From the human T2T-CHM13v2.0 reference genome, Homo sapiens, in the NCBI RefSeq assembly GCF_009914755.1, contig NC_060925.1: a stretch of DNA of 64,000 bases. One strand, written 5' to 3'. Position numbers and translations under genes: made by a program. Positions 45,901 to 59,512 of this stretch are shown one piece after another (position 1 is the first letter of the stretch; the number at the start of each line of letters is the position of its first letter). A model generated the notes under the pieces. The model did no database searches, was not told the origin of the DNA, and was given only the letters and a program-made list of their open reading frames with translations.

Positions 45901-48900
45901 AATGACATCAAAGTGTTCTCTATTCTTGTTACTATTAATTTCTGCTCAAGTGTTTGCATTCCTCTCTTTTGTTTCCTCCCACCCACCAAAACTTATTTTC
46001 ATTTCTTAGACGGAGCGCTTTGCCCTCTTTTCTTTTGTGTATGCCTTCACCATCCATCAGGGAAAGTTGTAGAGATTTGTGGGCAGTTGATTCAGGAGAA
46101 TTAGAATATTATCTATGTGGATTATTTATGTAATCAGATGTATCAGAAAAGAATAAAATAGACACATCTTTATTTTTCTCCTATAACTGCTTTCCTTTTA
46201 TGCCTTCTTTCCTACCCACTGGATAGTATCTTCTGTAAGTCTCCCAGCCTTCAGGTATTGGAAAAGCAGTATTTTCAGGTATTAAGAAGTCCAATCAGAA
46301 TTGAACAAAAGTTTTATTTCACTTCTAATTTAAAACTTCACCTTTTCCACAAGCTAAGACCTGAATCTCGAATGTCTATCAGCATTGGATAAGGGAGAAG
46401 CAGTCAATCATTCATCCTCCAAGGATGAAAAGGAAGATGGGAAGATCAACAATGAGGAAAATGGCAAGATCTTTCTTAATTGGGGCTGCAATGATACAAC
46501 TTCACTGCAAACTGTGTGGCAGACACCTAAATATCAGCTATTTCTCTGGCACAGCACTCTCATGGGTTATTCCTACTGATAGAAAACTTTACCCAGCAAT
46601 TCTTTAACAGGGCAATGCCTCTTCAGTTGACTTCTACATAGTTGACATTCTTAACTCCTACTCCTATAACAGCCCATTTCTTTTAGAGTGAGTCATGGTG
46701 GCAGCCACCTCCTGAGTGTGGTCTTTTCAAGAAGGCTGGCTTTGGCTGATTTCTTTACTGACCACCCTACCCCACAGGTACCCAGACTTAACAAACTCTG
46801 GGAATACAGGCCATTCCTACTGTCTTTCTTCTGAGGTAATGTCAGCTAGCCTTTCTCCTTTAGCCTTTCAAAGTAAAAGTCAAGAACCAGTCCCTATATA
46901 CTCAAACTTCAGACAAAGATCAGTTCTTGAAAATCTCCTGCACTTTTCTTTGCTCTGGTAGCACCCAGAGATAGGCCTGAGTTTCTGAAGCATGAAAAGC
47001 ATCCCAGTGAAGTAAGATGTCAATCTTCCTTTCTGGTAAGCATTTTACTGTCCTGCAAGTGGTTTTCTAGCTTCCTCCCTGGTTTGATTTGCATTGGAGC
47101 ACCTCCCTTCTCTCCCACAAAGAGAGGGAAGAGAAAATGTCTCAGTGCTCTAAATGGGAAAGACCTATTGAACAGCCTATTACTTAAGTATTTATCTACT
47201 TAGCATTCTCCCCCTTTGCACACTTAAGTTCGATTTCTAATGTAGCAGGCTTTCTGAAGTAGCTATTGCCACTGTGCCTTGTTTATCATTTGTCTATTCT
47301 GTGTGGCTTTATATATTTGTATGTGCATGATGATACATATCAGAAGACACTTTTCTCAGCCTAATCCAGAAAACAGAAAATTCTTTTTACTAAGTTGTAT
47401 TTTGTGATTGGTGCTGCCAGCATTAATCTCTGTAGGACTCGTGTTTTCTTGGTTGCATTAAGCAAGTTTCCATGCTTACCAATGCTTTGTTGTTTCAATT
47501 CTCTTTGCCTTATTTCATCAAAAGTGCTTTTCTCTTAAGAACACTGAGCCTGTCAGACCAGGACTCAGAGACCCCCTAGTCCTTTAACAAGACACACCCT
47601 CCAGCAAGAACACAGACTGGTAGTCTCAGTTTTCACGTAATCTTTCTGACCTTGCTTGGCTCCCTCGCTACTGGAACCCTTAACCACCCAGCACAGCCTG
47701 GTGTCCTATTGACTGTCACATCTTTTAGAGAAGTGCTCTAAACCTTGGGCCATGAGTTTTCACATTTCTCTTGACTCTTGCCAGCTTTCATCTACATTCT
47801 CTGAAAACCCTTGTCTAGTATGTTCTCAAGAAAGCTGACTTTAGGTAGAAATGGATAGGATATAAGCTACAATTGTAATTTAAGAGAAAGCAGATTGATG
47901 TATCTATTTTGTTTTCCATTTTTTTCTGCACAATTCTCCTTTGCCAACAATTATAAGGTAAGAGATGGAAAAATAATATTAAATATGCAAAATTTCCAGT
48001 TCTCAGCCACTAAAAACTGAGACAAAATGAACAAATAAGACCACTTTGCACTTTTAACTTATTCTGTACCAAATATGTCTGGATGATGGTATTCAGGACC
48101 ATACCCAGACATGAATATAGGCCCTTACTTGTCTATATGAGATGTTAGACAGCAGAGAGTATTGGCTGATCCATTATAAACTCTACCGCTTATCCCTCTA
48201 CATTATTCTAGCCTGAACTGTATTGAAATCATTTAACTGTGTTCAGGCAAGTATCCAGACAAGACCAAAGGTGTGGAAAACACTATCTCAAAGTATACTC
48301 AGTTGAAATTGTCACAGCCCCAACTGTTGTGGGCTACTTTTTTTCTCGATAGAATATACTGCAAAAGTTTTAAATAGAAGCAGAGCTATCTTTCTCAAAA
48401 GTTGAATAAAATGTTAGGGTTTATCAAAGTCTGAAGTCACCTGAATCTATGTTTCAATGTAAGATAGGTTGCCTCAATGGGGAAAGTAGTATTTGTAAAT
48501 GGCCTTCTGATCATTGATCTCCTAGGGAGAGGTAAACCCTTATTTGCAAAGGTAATTCCAAGGTCCTGGCATAGCCTTTCACAATGTGTTCACAAAGCTA
48601 TATGTTTTTGTAAAATTTGCAAAACTGTGACATTTAGCTGCAATTGTATATATGTATTTACTATTTATTCCTTTACACTCCAACATCCCCTTGGTTGTAC
48701 TTCACCTCTTGTCTCTTGGTTTTGGTGTGGCAGAGGCAGAACTAAGGTAAAGGTGACTTATAAATCTGTTAATTTGGGGTTTGGTGGTTCACAGTATGTT
48801 CTGTATATAGTTCAGGGATTGCTAGCCATCCATCAGATATAGGAATGTCCAGAATACTTCTGCCACCCAGTGCTGACCCACTGGGATTGTGACTGATGCT

Positions 48901-48999
48901 GCAAGGTCAGATATGGCATAGCTGTGTGAATGTATGCGATGGCATCTGACAGCAGCAGTTAAGTGGCTGTAGGTTAGAGTACATTTCAAATAATATTTA

Positions 49000-49539
49000 A
49001 CACTAATTACTGAATAAGAACTCTTTAAGCATTCTGGTATTATGGCTAATATATGAAAGAATCTTGAAAGAAATTTTTCCAAATTTGACAATAATCTTAA
49101 AAGTGTATTTGATATTACCAGCAATAAGGTATGAAGCTGAGAGAAACTTTTCTAAAAACTATGAATAATAAAACATTTCAATCAACAAAAGATTGAGTTC
49201 TCTGAGAAAGATCAAATTATCTTACTTTTATTTCTGAAAAAAATGGTACAAAATTTTATCATATGAAGAGGTGATCAAAGGGTATGCAGCCAAATGTTGG
49301 GGAAAATGTACATAAAATAAATAATACAAGTGTCTAAGGCACTTTATCAATTTAAAAAATATTTTTATTTCTCTGGATTTTGTGATATTCATGATTGCTT
49401 TGTAAAAATTTATAGTTTTTCATGATTTCCTTTCCTTTTCATTTTCATAAATAATTGTTATTGAAATTGAACTTTCTTTTAAAGAGGGCCTCACAAATTA
49501 CATAAGCTTCAGGTCCCAGGAAACCTGGATCTGCCCCTG
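49000..49539 (+). mobile_element. hAT (Tip100/Zaphod-like) DNA transposon 3' end with transposase dimerisation-domain remnant
   Basis: 49076 onward translates FPNLTIILKVYLILPAIRYEAERNFSK (hATC motif); terminus 'aagcttcaggtcccaggaaacctggatctgcccctg'. Confidence 0.8.
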
Positions 49540-49551
49540 CCCCTATGGTAT

Positions 49552-49620
49552 ACAGATATACAGACATAGATAAAGATAGATACATAGATAGATAGATAGA
49601 TAGATTGATAGGTACATAGA
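49552..49620. repeat. (TAGA)n degenerate tetranucleotide microsatellite
   Basis: 'tagatagatagatagatagattgatagg'. Confidence 0.9.
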
Positions 49621-50489
49621 GAAGGTGAACAGCTCTCAGTTCACTTCAGCTTCTGGGAAGTAGTAAAATTAGTAAATGCAGACAGTACCCCGACCATAGA
49701 GGACTTTATGGATTAAAATCAATATTTCAGTGGAACCAGCTTGCACTTAGGAGCTAACTAGGAGCCAGTGAAAAACACGTAGATGACTCACATAAATAAA
49801 GTAAGCCTCATAGTGGAGTACATGTGAAAATTAAGACAACAACAACACTCCACTTAAGAAAATTACCTGAAGAAGCCAATCCCCTTTGTAGAAATGGTAC
49901 AGTCTCAGCAAATCCTTGGTATACATTAACAGGATGGTCTGTCTATCTGTTCTTTCCTATAATTGACCCTGTGTTCTCAGTGAAAGAGAGATTCATTTAG
50001 GAGTCATTTGGACTTGGAGAAGATTTAGTCTGAAGATAGATTGATAATTAAGTAACAGTTTTTCAATTTGAATGTTTTACTATTTTGACACTCAATAAAA
50101 TTCAAATTTTTTAAAAAATAGAAATACCTGTGTGTATTTTGGGTTTTTTTTGTTTTGTTTTGTTTTGTTTAGGTCTTTTATGATTTCTGGATTGTCATTT
50201 GCTATGGTGCTTGAGTGAGATATCTTCATTGTCTCTTAACTTCCCAAAAGTTTAAACATTTCAGAGATAACATGATTTTGAGTAAAACCCAATTTACAAA
50301 GATGTACCTGAGGAGTTATTTTTTGATATTCTTTCACAAGAGAATTTCAGTTGCTAATAAGTTCTGGGCAATGTTTATATTTTGGAATAAAAAATATAAC
50401 CTACCTTATTTTTATTTTTAAATAAACAAATCTTTGAAGCAACATTTCCTAAAATCGTGACCACATGGCATAAGATTTTAAAAACTCTG

Positions 50490-50690
50490 GAGGTAACCAA
50501 ACCTATATTTGTATGCTGACATTACCCCTTCTCAGATAAGAGACCTCAGGCAAGTGGCTTAAATTCCTCAACTCTCATTATATTTCTATCTAAAATAAGT
50601 ATCATAAAGGAACCTAAATCTTAGACCTAAGATGAGGGTTAAATATGATCCTAGATGAAAATGTTTTAATGTAGGTCATTTATAAAATAA
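50490..50690 (+). mobile_element. MIR SINE
   Basis: 'gacctcaggcaagtggcttaa...tttctatctaaaat...gatgagggttaaat'. Confidence 0.65.
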
Positions 50691-52875
50691 TTAAAGGCAT
50701 TGTAAAATGCCTTTCAACCTTTTTATTTTTAAAGCTAATTAAAGTTAACTTGTTGCTAAAATACCATTCTAAACTTTTGAGAAAAAGTTTTTAAATGAAC
50801 TGATATGACTGACAAAATATTGAAAATTTTTAAAATAGATATAATGTGCAATACATGCTAACTCAGATGAGTTATTTTTTTCAAAGAAAAGAAGGGCATG
50901 AACAGCCAAGCGAAAGTATTTTTCCATTGTAGAATCTACCTCCCTCACCATGACAGTACATCTCAGAGGTAATGACCCTTAGGATAAGTCAGAGTAATAG
51001 GACCCTCCTCTGTTTTATAGATGGCTTTTAGTGCAATAAGCAAGCAAATGAACAATTTATCTCATTACCACTGGATTTATTGGGGTTTGAGATTCAGACA
51101 TTCCAATAAGGAAACAAATACTGTAGCCTCTTCTAAGGAACTCTTACTTAAAATATATTACATGCACACAAACCTATTATACTTCTATTATTTCCTTTTT
51201 TCCCACAGGGAAAGAGAAGAAATGAAACTTTAAAGTTTGTACTTGATAAAGGAAACTATTAATGAACAGGATTTTGTTTTGTTCTTTTCAACTTGTATTA
51301 TTAGTAATTGTGTTTTTAATGAAAGAAATAACATAAAGCCTGACTTATCATTATCCAAATTGCAATTTATATTTTTAAAGTTAATCTTGTGAGTTTGTGC
51401 ATCTGAATCCTTTTAAGAAAATACTAAAAAAAATTTTAAATGATATTCTGAAAGTTCTGAATCTGTCCAAATGATATATTACTGAACAATAGCAGCAACT
51501 GCTACATAAAATAAAACTTTTTGTTGTTTGAGTAATCAAGCACTGTATTAAGTATTTTATTATATTATCTTCTTTATTCTTTAAAATAGCCATGTAAGAC
51601 GTTAATTTTAACATTTTAAAGCTGAGAAAACTGAAACTAAGATGAGATAAATCTTTTGCCTTGGAGAGCTAACCCAGGAATCGATCAAGTTAAAATTTGT
51701 ATTTGAACTCAAGGACCTATTGTATGTTATTCTCCTCCAAGTTACCCAGAAAGAACCATACTCCAGGCCATTCTTTGACATAATGATAATAGTTATATTT
51801 ATAGATCCCATTTTGAAACCTAACTATGCCTAGAACTCTACTGAATCCTTTACAGACATGATTTTTAAAATCAGTACAAACACCCTATCATTTTAGTGCC
51901 TTTATTATTTTCCTATCTTCATGAAAACTGGATCTTAGAAAAATTGAAAAATGTGCTGCCAAGTCACAAGATTTGCCTATCAAACCTACATTCTATATCA
52001 CTACACAAGTTGCCTTCCTCATGAAGATTAGCTAGGTATTGAGACAGCAAAGATGCCATAGTTTTCCCATAAATAGCTCCTCTTGGAGCCATCGGACTGA
52101 GTTATCGTATAAAAACAAGTAATAGTTGTTTTATCCATTAAGTTATTTTTGACTAATCCATGACATAGCTAGGGTGACCCTGGAACATCCAGAGAAGGGA
52201 CGAAAGAAGAAACAGAGCTGCAGAGTAGGGCCAACAGGGCTGTGGGTTAGGGAAAAATATTACTTTAAAAGAACAATTCAACTGGGTAAAACATTCAAGC
52301 TGTGATATCAGCTTGTGACAAAATGAAAAGCAAGATTAATGTACTTGTAAAAACAAAGCGAAAAACAAACCCTCCAAAAACTTGCAAATGAATAATATAC
52401 AGAAAACAGGACCTTAGCTTTAGGTGTATTAAAAAACACATTCATTTTCTTGCAAGAGATCGATAAACTTTAAAAAGGAAGGTATCCCAAGCCTTTCTGA
52501 TGTTGACAATTTTTCAAATGGTAACACATTAATTATCATTTTGATAATGTTGCTAATTCTTTCAATATGATTTAAAAGTTTGGAGATAAAGCAAGTTTTT
52601 CAAAAATTGCATAGAATTTTCTTAGAGCCACCTATGTACTTGATGTGAGATGTATAAAGTAGCAGAGTTTTTAATACAGTCTCTACTAAGTGCAATAGAG
52701 ATCTTCACATATGCAAAATAGTTGAGCTCCAGAAAGGTAGTCTAAAGTTATAGAAATGCATTATGCAAACCTTTATTAAAACACAATATATCTTTGTCTC
52801 TCAGAAATGTTCAGTCAAAATATTGAACAAGAGAAGAAAAAAGGAATAGAAAGTTGGCCATCACATTAATAATCA

Positions 52876-53413
<538 letters not shown>

Positions 53414-53650
53414 TTCATCCTCCATTCTTCCAATGGGCAATTCTAGGACCACTTTGCATGCTTCTCAGAGATTCAAAGGAATGAAGCTCCTGTTGCCTTC
53501 TGTGGCAATGTCAATAATGCACACTTACATGAGCTTTTCTTTCTTCCATTTGCCACTGTCTTTTTTTTCCTTTCCTTCTCCCATAAATAAACTAGCTGCA
53601 TCAAATCTTGTCTCAGCCACTGCTTTTGAGAGAACTTCCAAAAAAAAAAA
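53414..53650 (+). mobile_element. LTR33-like ERVL LTR, 3' part
   Basis: 'gggcaattctagg', 'gctcctgttgcc', 'aaataaacta..tgcatcaaatcttgtctcag'. Confidence 0.65.
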
Positions 53651-55439
53651 ACAATGAACAATGCTCTGGGGGCATACAGAAGAGTCACCTGAGACTGGAA
53701 TAAGATAAGCAAGATGTCTTTGGACTAAAGGTCTGGTCAGCAGAATATGTGTTGATTGAATGATTGATCAACTGAATGATTGAAAGAAAGAGTTATCATC
53801 TTCCTAATCTGAGCTATAAGCTTTTGATGACTTTATACCTACAGTATTCAAATTCTGTTTCTTCCTTTGGCTATTTAGAAATGCATGAGTAGAAAATCAG
53901 AGAGGGTAAGTGGTTGCAAACCAGATGAATAAATGCAGTTACCAGATGTTCGTTTTAAATTTAAAATTAATGTGGTGAAAAAGTATATAGTTTGTCAAAA
54001 GCGTCTATGGAATGGAAAATATTAATAAGAAGAATGCCTTATAAATGATGTACTCCCCAAACAGCTGAGTATACAAGATAAGTTCATTTTCAAAGCCCTC
54101 ATGTCATTAACAAACTACTCATGCTTTTCTCACCAGGCTTATGGATTCTCCAGGACCTTCTGTGCATTGCCTCACATGGTAAAGATTCATTAACTTCTCT
54201 TCCCTATTTTGTTATTGTTTGACCCCTGAATTAATCTGTCTCTGTAGAATTTCCATCAGTATCTTTTTTTTTCCAGACCAAATTACAGAAGAGTAAATTC
54301 AATCTGAGTGACAAATCTTGCACAAGTTCTCACTGCTTCCAGTATTATTTGGAGTTGCTTGTAAGCCAGCACAGGTAGCATGCAACAAAGCTTGCCATTT
54401 ATCAGTAGTTTTTATGCTTTAACAGGATGTTTCATGGAGAGTTGTCTTACTGGTACAGGAGGAATTATCCAGGTGCTAGTTATAAATTTCAAGTTTAGGT
54501 AAAACTAAATTAAATTAGTATGATTAGGTTGGAGTGCAGTAGTTCTGGGTGAAAATGAGCCTTTCCGAAAAAAGCAGTTTGCTTTCCCTTGTGTCACTTA
54601 CAGCATTTCTAAGGCAAAGGCATAAAGTTCATTTTTTAATTTCTGTATGAATTAGATTTATTCATACAGAAAAGTGTTAAGAATCAGGTTTGCTAATGTA
54701 TGAAGTGAATCAGAAACATACATGAGCCATGTGTACCTTCCAATGCTTGATTAAATTGGCAGGATTTCCATTTGTGAGGAGTTTCATCTCACAGTGATAC
54801 TCAATACAAGCAATGTTTACAGATAAATTTTCAAGAGTCATGCTAATTGTTATATTACATGAAAACCAAATTTATGAATTGGGCTACACATTTGAAGTTT
54901 AATCTGTGCATATGTATGGATTTTAAAATATACCTCTATTATAAATTATGTAGTAATCTGTTTTGTAATGTTTTCATTAGAATTTCCACAAGTTATTTTC
55001 ATCATACTTAACAGTCTGTTTTTTCAATGCATTTATTTTCCTTTGCATGTTCTGATTTCTGTTTCAAGCCAAATATTAAAGTCATTTTAAAAAATACCAG
55101 TATGTATTTTTTTCTTCATGTATCTCAGTTATTTCTTAAATTTTATTTGCTTTTTTCAAAAGTTATAGCTTATGAGGCATAATAAAGCCTTGGTTCTGTG
55201 ACTGCTTCTCAATGGTTCAAGGTTGCTACTCAGCTCCAAGGCAGATAACTAAAACTCCAATACTGCAAGGCGTTCCCAGAAAGCTGTCTTTAAGGTTTGC
55301 TTCATTCCTGTTTTTACCTATTCTGAACTTCCAAATCTTAAGTCAAAGAGTGTCCACCTTATTTAATGGTTTAAAAAAAAAATCATCACTATTATTATAA
55401 CCCACTCAGATTTCAATTCTGAGTGGAACTAAATAGTTA

Positions 55440-55535
55440 GTGATGTTATTCTGCTTTGTTCGCTGCTATCTTGCCAGTGTCCAGAGCAGTGCCTGGCACA
55501 TAGTAAACTCAACAGATATTTTTAAGTAAATATAA
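55440..55535 (+). mobile_element. L2 3' end fragment
   Basis: 'ttgttcgctgctatc..ccagtgtccagagcagtgcctggcacatagtaaactcaac'. Confidence 0.8.
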
Positions 55536-56159
55536 CATCATTAATTGTAGTCCAGTATTAACAATAACTGTCATTTTATTGATTTATTACAAGCACTCTA
55601 TGAAAAAGATCAGGCCTTTCTATTTTAATTTTGGGTCGTTCAACTAGACCCAACTGTTTTGTAAAACAATTTGAAACTTGGCAAATCCCAAAGCACAACT
55701 GGCAGGCTCAGCTTGGCAGAGCTTACCAGCCCAGCACTTACCCTTATGCTTCTCTGCCCATGGCCCTCACAGTGACCAGCATGGGCCTGGCAGCCAGCCG
55801 TTTGAAACATGTTTGAGTTGTTGACACTGCCAGGCATATATTCGTTTTACCCCTGTAGCCACCTAACCTCTGCATGCTGAATTTAAGAGTCTGATCCTTT
55901 TTGATGGAGTCTAATGTGCAGCATCTCCCGAACATATAATTAGCTACATGCACTACAATAATACACATGTGCACTGATGATAATTTGGAGGGAGTCCACC
56001 CTCACTAAAGAAAAAGTATTAATGATCAATCAGCATGGTGAAGGAAGAGTCTCTGTCCTGCTCAGGATGACAGCAGCATTCTCTGCAGGTAATAATGATA
56101 TTAGAAATATTTCAAAACTCTCTGAGTGGAAAGGATATCTAACTTAGGGTACACTAGCT

Positions 56160-56490
56160 TGAGTATCAAGTAGACAAGACATATAGTCATCTGAATAATT
56201 ATTTCTCACTCAAAATCAGCTCTGCTCCTTGCAGTCCTGTCTATGATAGCAGGGATTGCATCATCTTCTATATGTGGTTTTCAAGGTTGCCCTGGAAGAA
56301 GTCTCTATTCTAAACATATGAAAGAGAAAATGAATCACTTTGAGGGTAAATTTTTATTGACCATACCTGGAATTAGTACGTCAATTGTGTTCACACTCTA
56401 TTGGTAAGAACTCAGTTGTCATACCTAACAACAAAGGAGGCAGAGGAATAGAGTCCAGTTGTATATGTTCACTAAGAAGAAATAGATGGT
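56160..56490 (-). mobile_element. Old MLT1 LTR fragment
   Basis: 'cactctattggtaagaactcagttgtcatacctaac..caaaggaggc'. Confidence 0.55.
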
Positions 56491-56504
56491 GGCAGTCATG
56501 AAAA

Positions 56505-56936
56505 TTCACTGCGCAGGCCTCCCACAGTGGAGAGCATAATATACTATTGTCCCCAGCTGCTGTCGCTCTGGGTCCACCGCTGCATTTGTACTGAAGCAAC
56601 ACTTTGGATAGGCTGCTGTTAGCCAATGACTGAGTATGTCAGGATATGACGCCAGGCCTATTCTTGTGAGACACAGAACTCCTCCTAGGAATGACTTTGG
56701 CTTGAGAACTCCCTCTTGGCCTGGCCAAATCTTTCTTAGAACTGCACTGCATTCTAAATTTCTTCCTACCTAATCCTGCTTTCTTCCTCTTCTCCGTTAT
56801 AGGGGTCAAATCTACAGGCTCTGTCCACCTTCTCTGGTTTGCTCCGCTTTATCCTCTACTGGTATTTCCTCCCAGTGCATCTCTTGCACATCTACTCTCA
56901 TCTTGGTGTGTGCTTCTCACACGACTCAAACTAACA
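56505..56936 (+). mobile_element. LTR16A/B-like ERVL solo LTR
   Basis: 'agccaatgactgag', 'gactttggcttgagaactccc', 'catcttggtgtgtgcttctc...aactaaca'. Confidence 0.75.
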
Positions 56937-58039
56937 TGGAGATTCTGATATGTACCTAATTGTTGCAGCCAAATTATGCTGTTCTAATCAACATTTGTAC
57001 CGTTTCTCTATTTAGGAAACAAACTAAAACTCTCCCTCCCCAAGAGGTTCTGACTTGCTATATCCAGATAAAACTCCAGAACATCTTAGTGACATGTAGT
57101 CCTTTCCATCACAGCCCAATGTGACCCTCATTGTCCTATGACCAAAAATCTGGAAAGACTGGTACTCTTTGCCACCATTCCTATATACACACCCAAATGA
57201 TGGAGCAGAGATGATATAGCCACTATATAACTACAATCTATTAAAGAAGAGAAAAGAAAAACAGCAGTTACTGGAAAAAAAACCAAAATTATCAGAGAAG
57301 GCCATTATTAAAATGCCCTATGTCATTAGAAAAGAGAAATCCATGATAAGACATTGAATTTGTTCTTCCTGAGAACACTTTATTTTTGCTCAGTTTAGCC
57401 TCTGTTCTGCTCTCTGGGAGGTTCTACCTGTATTTCATCCTCTGTGATCAGGTTTGAAATGGGAATTGAAGAGGATGCTCTCTTTGAGGACCATAGAACT
57501 TTCCCAGCCTACTCCCTGGTGGTCAAAGTTTAGAGGTGTCCAGCTTGCTTTACAGTCACAGGCTTTTTCAGGCAGGTCTCAGCATCTCTTGGAAAATTCA
57601 GTTCCCTCAAACACTTTTCTTACTATACAGTTCTTAAATCTGAAGTTTGTTTTTCCTGTTGTTGTTGCTTTCCCATCACAAGGCTTCTCTCTCACAACCT
57701 AATGACAACTGAGATGAGAACACAAATAAATAAGCTTGAATAAGAAGGCAACACCCTTAATCTGATTTCGGCTGAGCTAGGTGTTCTTTGTTGAAGTGAG
57801 AAATCTTAATGAGCTTTTGTTATTCAAAAACCTGTTTTAATACTATTTCTTGTACAACCAAAAGCCTGGAAAGTCAGTATTTCTCATCTCAAAGAACTCC
57901 AAGTTATTCTTTTTCATCTCTTCTCTTAAGCTGGACAATTCTTGCTTGAGCGCAGACACTTGTAATATCTTGTTAAATGCAAGAAGTAAAAGCCAGTCTG
58001 GCTTTTTGTCCAATACTCTCCAACTAATAGCTTTTTCCC

Positions 58040-58349
58040 CATTGGAGGACAGCTCTCAACCAAAGACTTGCGGAAGATGAAAGATAAATACCCTAGCTCC
58101 CATATTCCTTGCCTGAGCTAACTCTGAGAATTGTTTCTACAATGTGTCCCGAGATTCTCAGTAGATTTAAGTTCCAGTTGCCCGTAATGGTAACTTGGCT
58201 GATAACACAATGTTTATTGGCTTTCTTTCCTTCCCCGTCTCAGTTCCCCACTCTCCTATTAATGTTTCCTGAGATCCTCTCTCACATAAACTACGTGCAT
58301 TCAAATGCTTTTCTCAGGGTCTGCTTCCAGAAGAACCTAAACTAAAACA
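58040..58349 (+). mobile_element. LTR33-like ERVL LTR
   Basis: 'gttccagttgccc..atggtaacttggctgataac', 'ctcagggtctgcttc..gaacctaaactaaaaca'. Confidence 0.75.
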
Positions 58350-58829
58350 TCATTGGTTTTATATTGTCTCTCTGGAACAGTGCCTAGCACACAAAATATA
58401 GGCAAAAAAAAAAAATTTGTGGAATAGATTGCTAAACTCATCCTAAATATGAAACTCCATTCTTAGCAAGTATTCCTTTTTTACTTTCTTGAGAATACAA
58501 AGTTTGTTATTAACCTGTACATCTGCTCTTCTCATTTCCCTTGTAACAGAGATTCTTAACTTATGAGGCCCTAAATTTAATAAAAGCTACAAGCCTCTAA
58601 TCCAGAAAAACATATAAGCATATATACACTAATTTTACAAAATGTGGGGAATCCATAGACCCACGAGAGTCTCATAAGTCTTCATGAGCCCAGATTATTA
58701 ACTCCAGGGCTATGCCAAACCAAATACTACAAGTCCCTCAGGCACATTCTTTAGCATACCTTCTTCCTTAAACTCTACCAGAAGATTTATCTATGACACT
58801 TTACATGAAGACTTTACAAGTATGCAGAA

Positions 58830-59050
58830 TACATTGTAGTAGTTGAGTTCAGACTCCAGAGCCAAAAGGATTGAGTAATTAATCATGGGCAGATTACTTA
58901 ACCTCTCTGTGCCTATTTTGCTATACATAAAACGGAGCAAGCAGTAAATACGCTGCATGGTTATTAGGAGGATTCAAAGAGTTAATCCATTCAAAGCACT
59001 TAGAAGAGTGTGTAGCCCTTCTCCATCACTGTGTAACTATAATCTATTAC
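58830..59050 (+). mobile_element. MIR SINE
   Basis: 'tgggcagattacttaacctctctgtgcct', 'aggaggattcaaagagttaatccattcaaagcacttagaa'. Confidence 0.85.
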
Positions 59051-59189
59051 TGTTCTGGGTTCTAGGAATTTTTTGAATGACTTTGATGACTGCCAGGGTG
59101 AGGTTCTAGACCTTAAACCCAGCTTCAAGCAAAGAAACTCCAGTTTTATTTGTATAGTTACCAACTTTTTTTGGTAGACATGGGCCCAG

Positions 59190-59512
59190 ATCAAGGTTTC
59201 AAAGTTTGCCTCAGCTGCAAAGAGTCACTCTGGGCACAGGCATATCTTTCTCAGGAGTACATCCAGTGACTATTCCAGGACAAGGTATAAAGGCCCAGCA
59301 ATTGTATCCACTGATGGACAATTTTGATAGGCCATATATGCTGCAGAGCTCCTTATGGGTTTAAGGAAGGCTTTGTCTGGCCTACATCACCGTTGAGCTT
59401 CTTCTTCTGCCAAGTCTTGCTTCCTCCCACTCCCTTTCACAGGTATTGTTAACCCATGTCAAACTTCTTCCCAGAGCTCAGTGTCTGCTTCTGGAAAACC
59501 TACCCTGCAACA
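59190..59512 (+). mobile_element. LTR16C-like ERVL LTR
   Basis: 'gcctcagctgcaaagagtcac', 'ccctttcacaggtattg', 'ctcagtgtctgcttctggaaaacctaccctgcaaca'; similar to the copy at 13.4-13.8 kb. Confidence 0.75.

Noticed and set aside
51185-51210. Strong + strand acceptor-like sites (also ~37078 and ~50172)
   Set aside because: No convincing paired donor or reading frame.
57000-58010. Possible MaLR internal sequence on the - strand
   Set aside because: Too decayed to assign from memory; needs a Dfam search.
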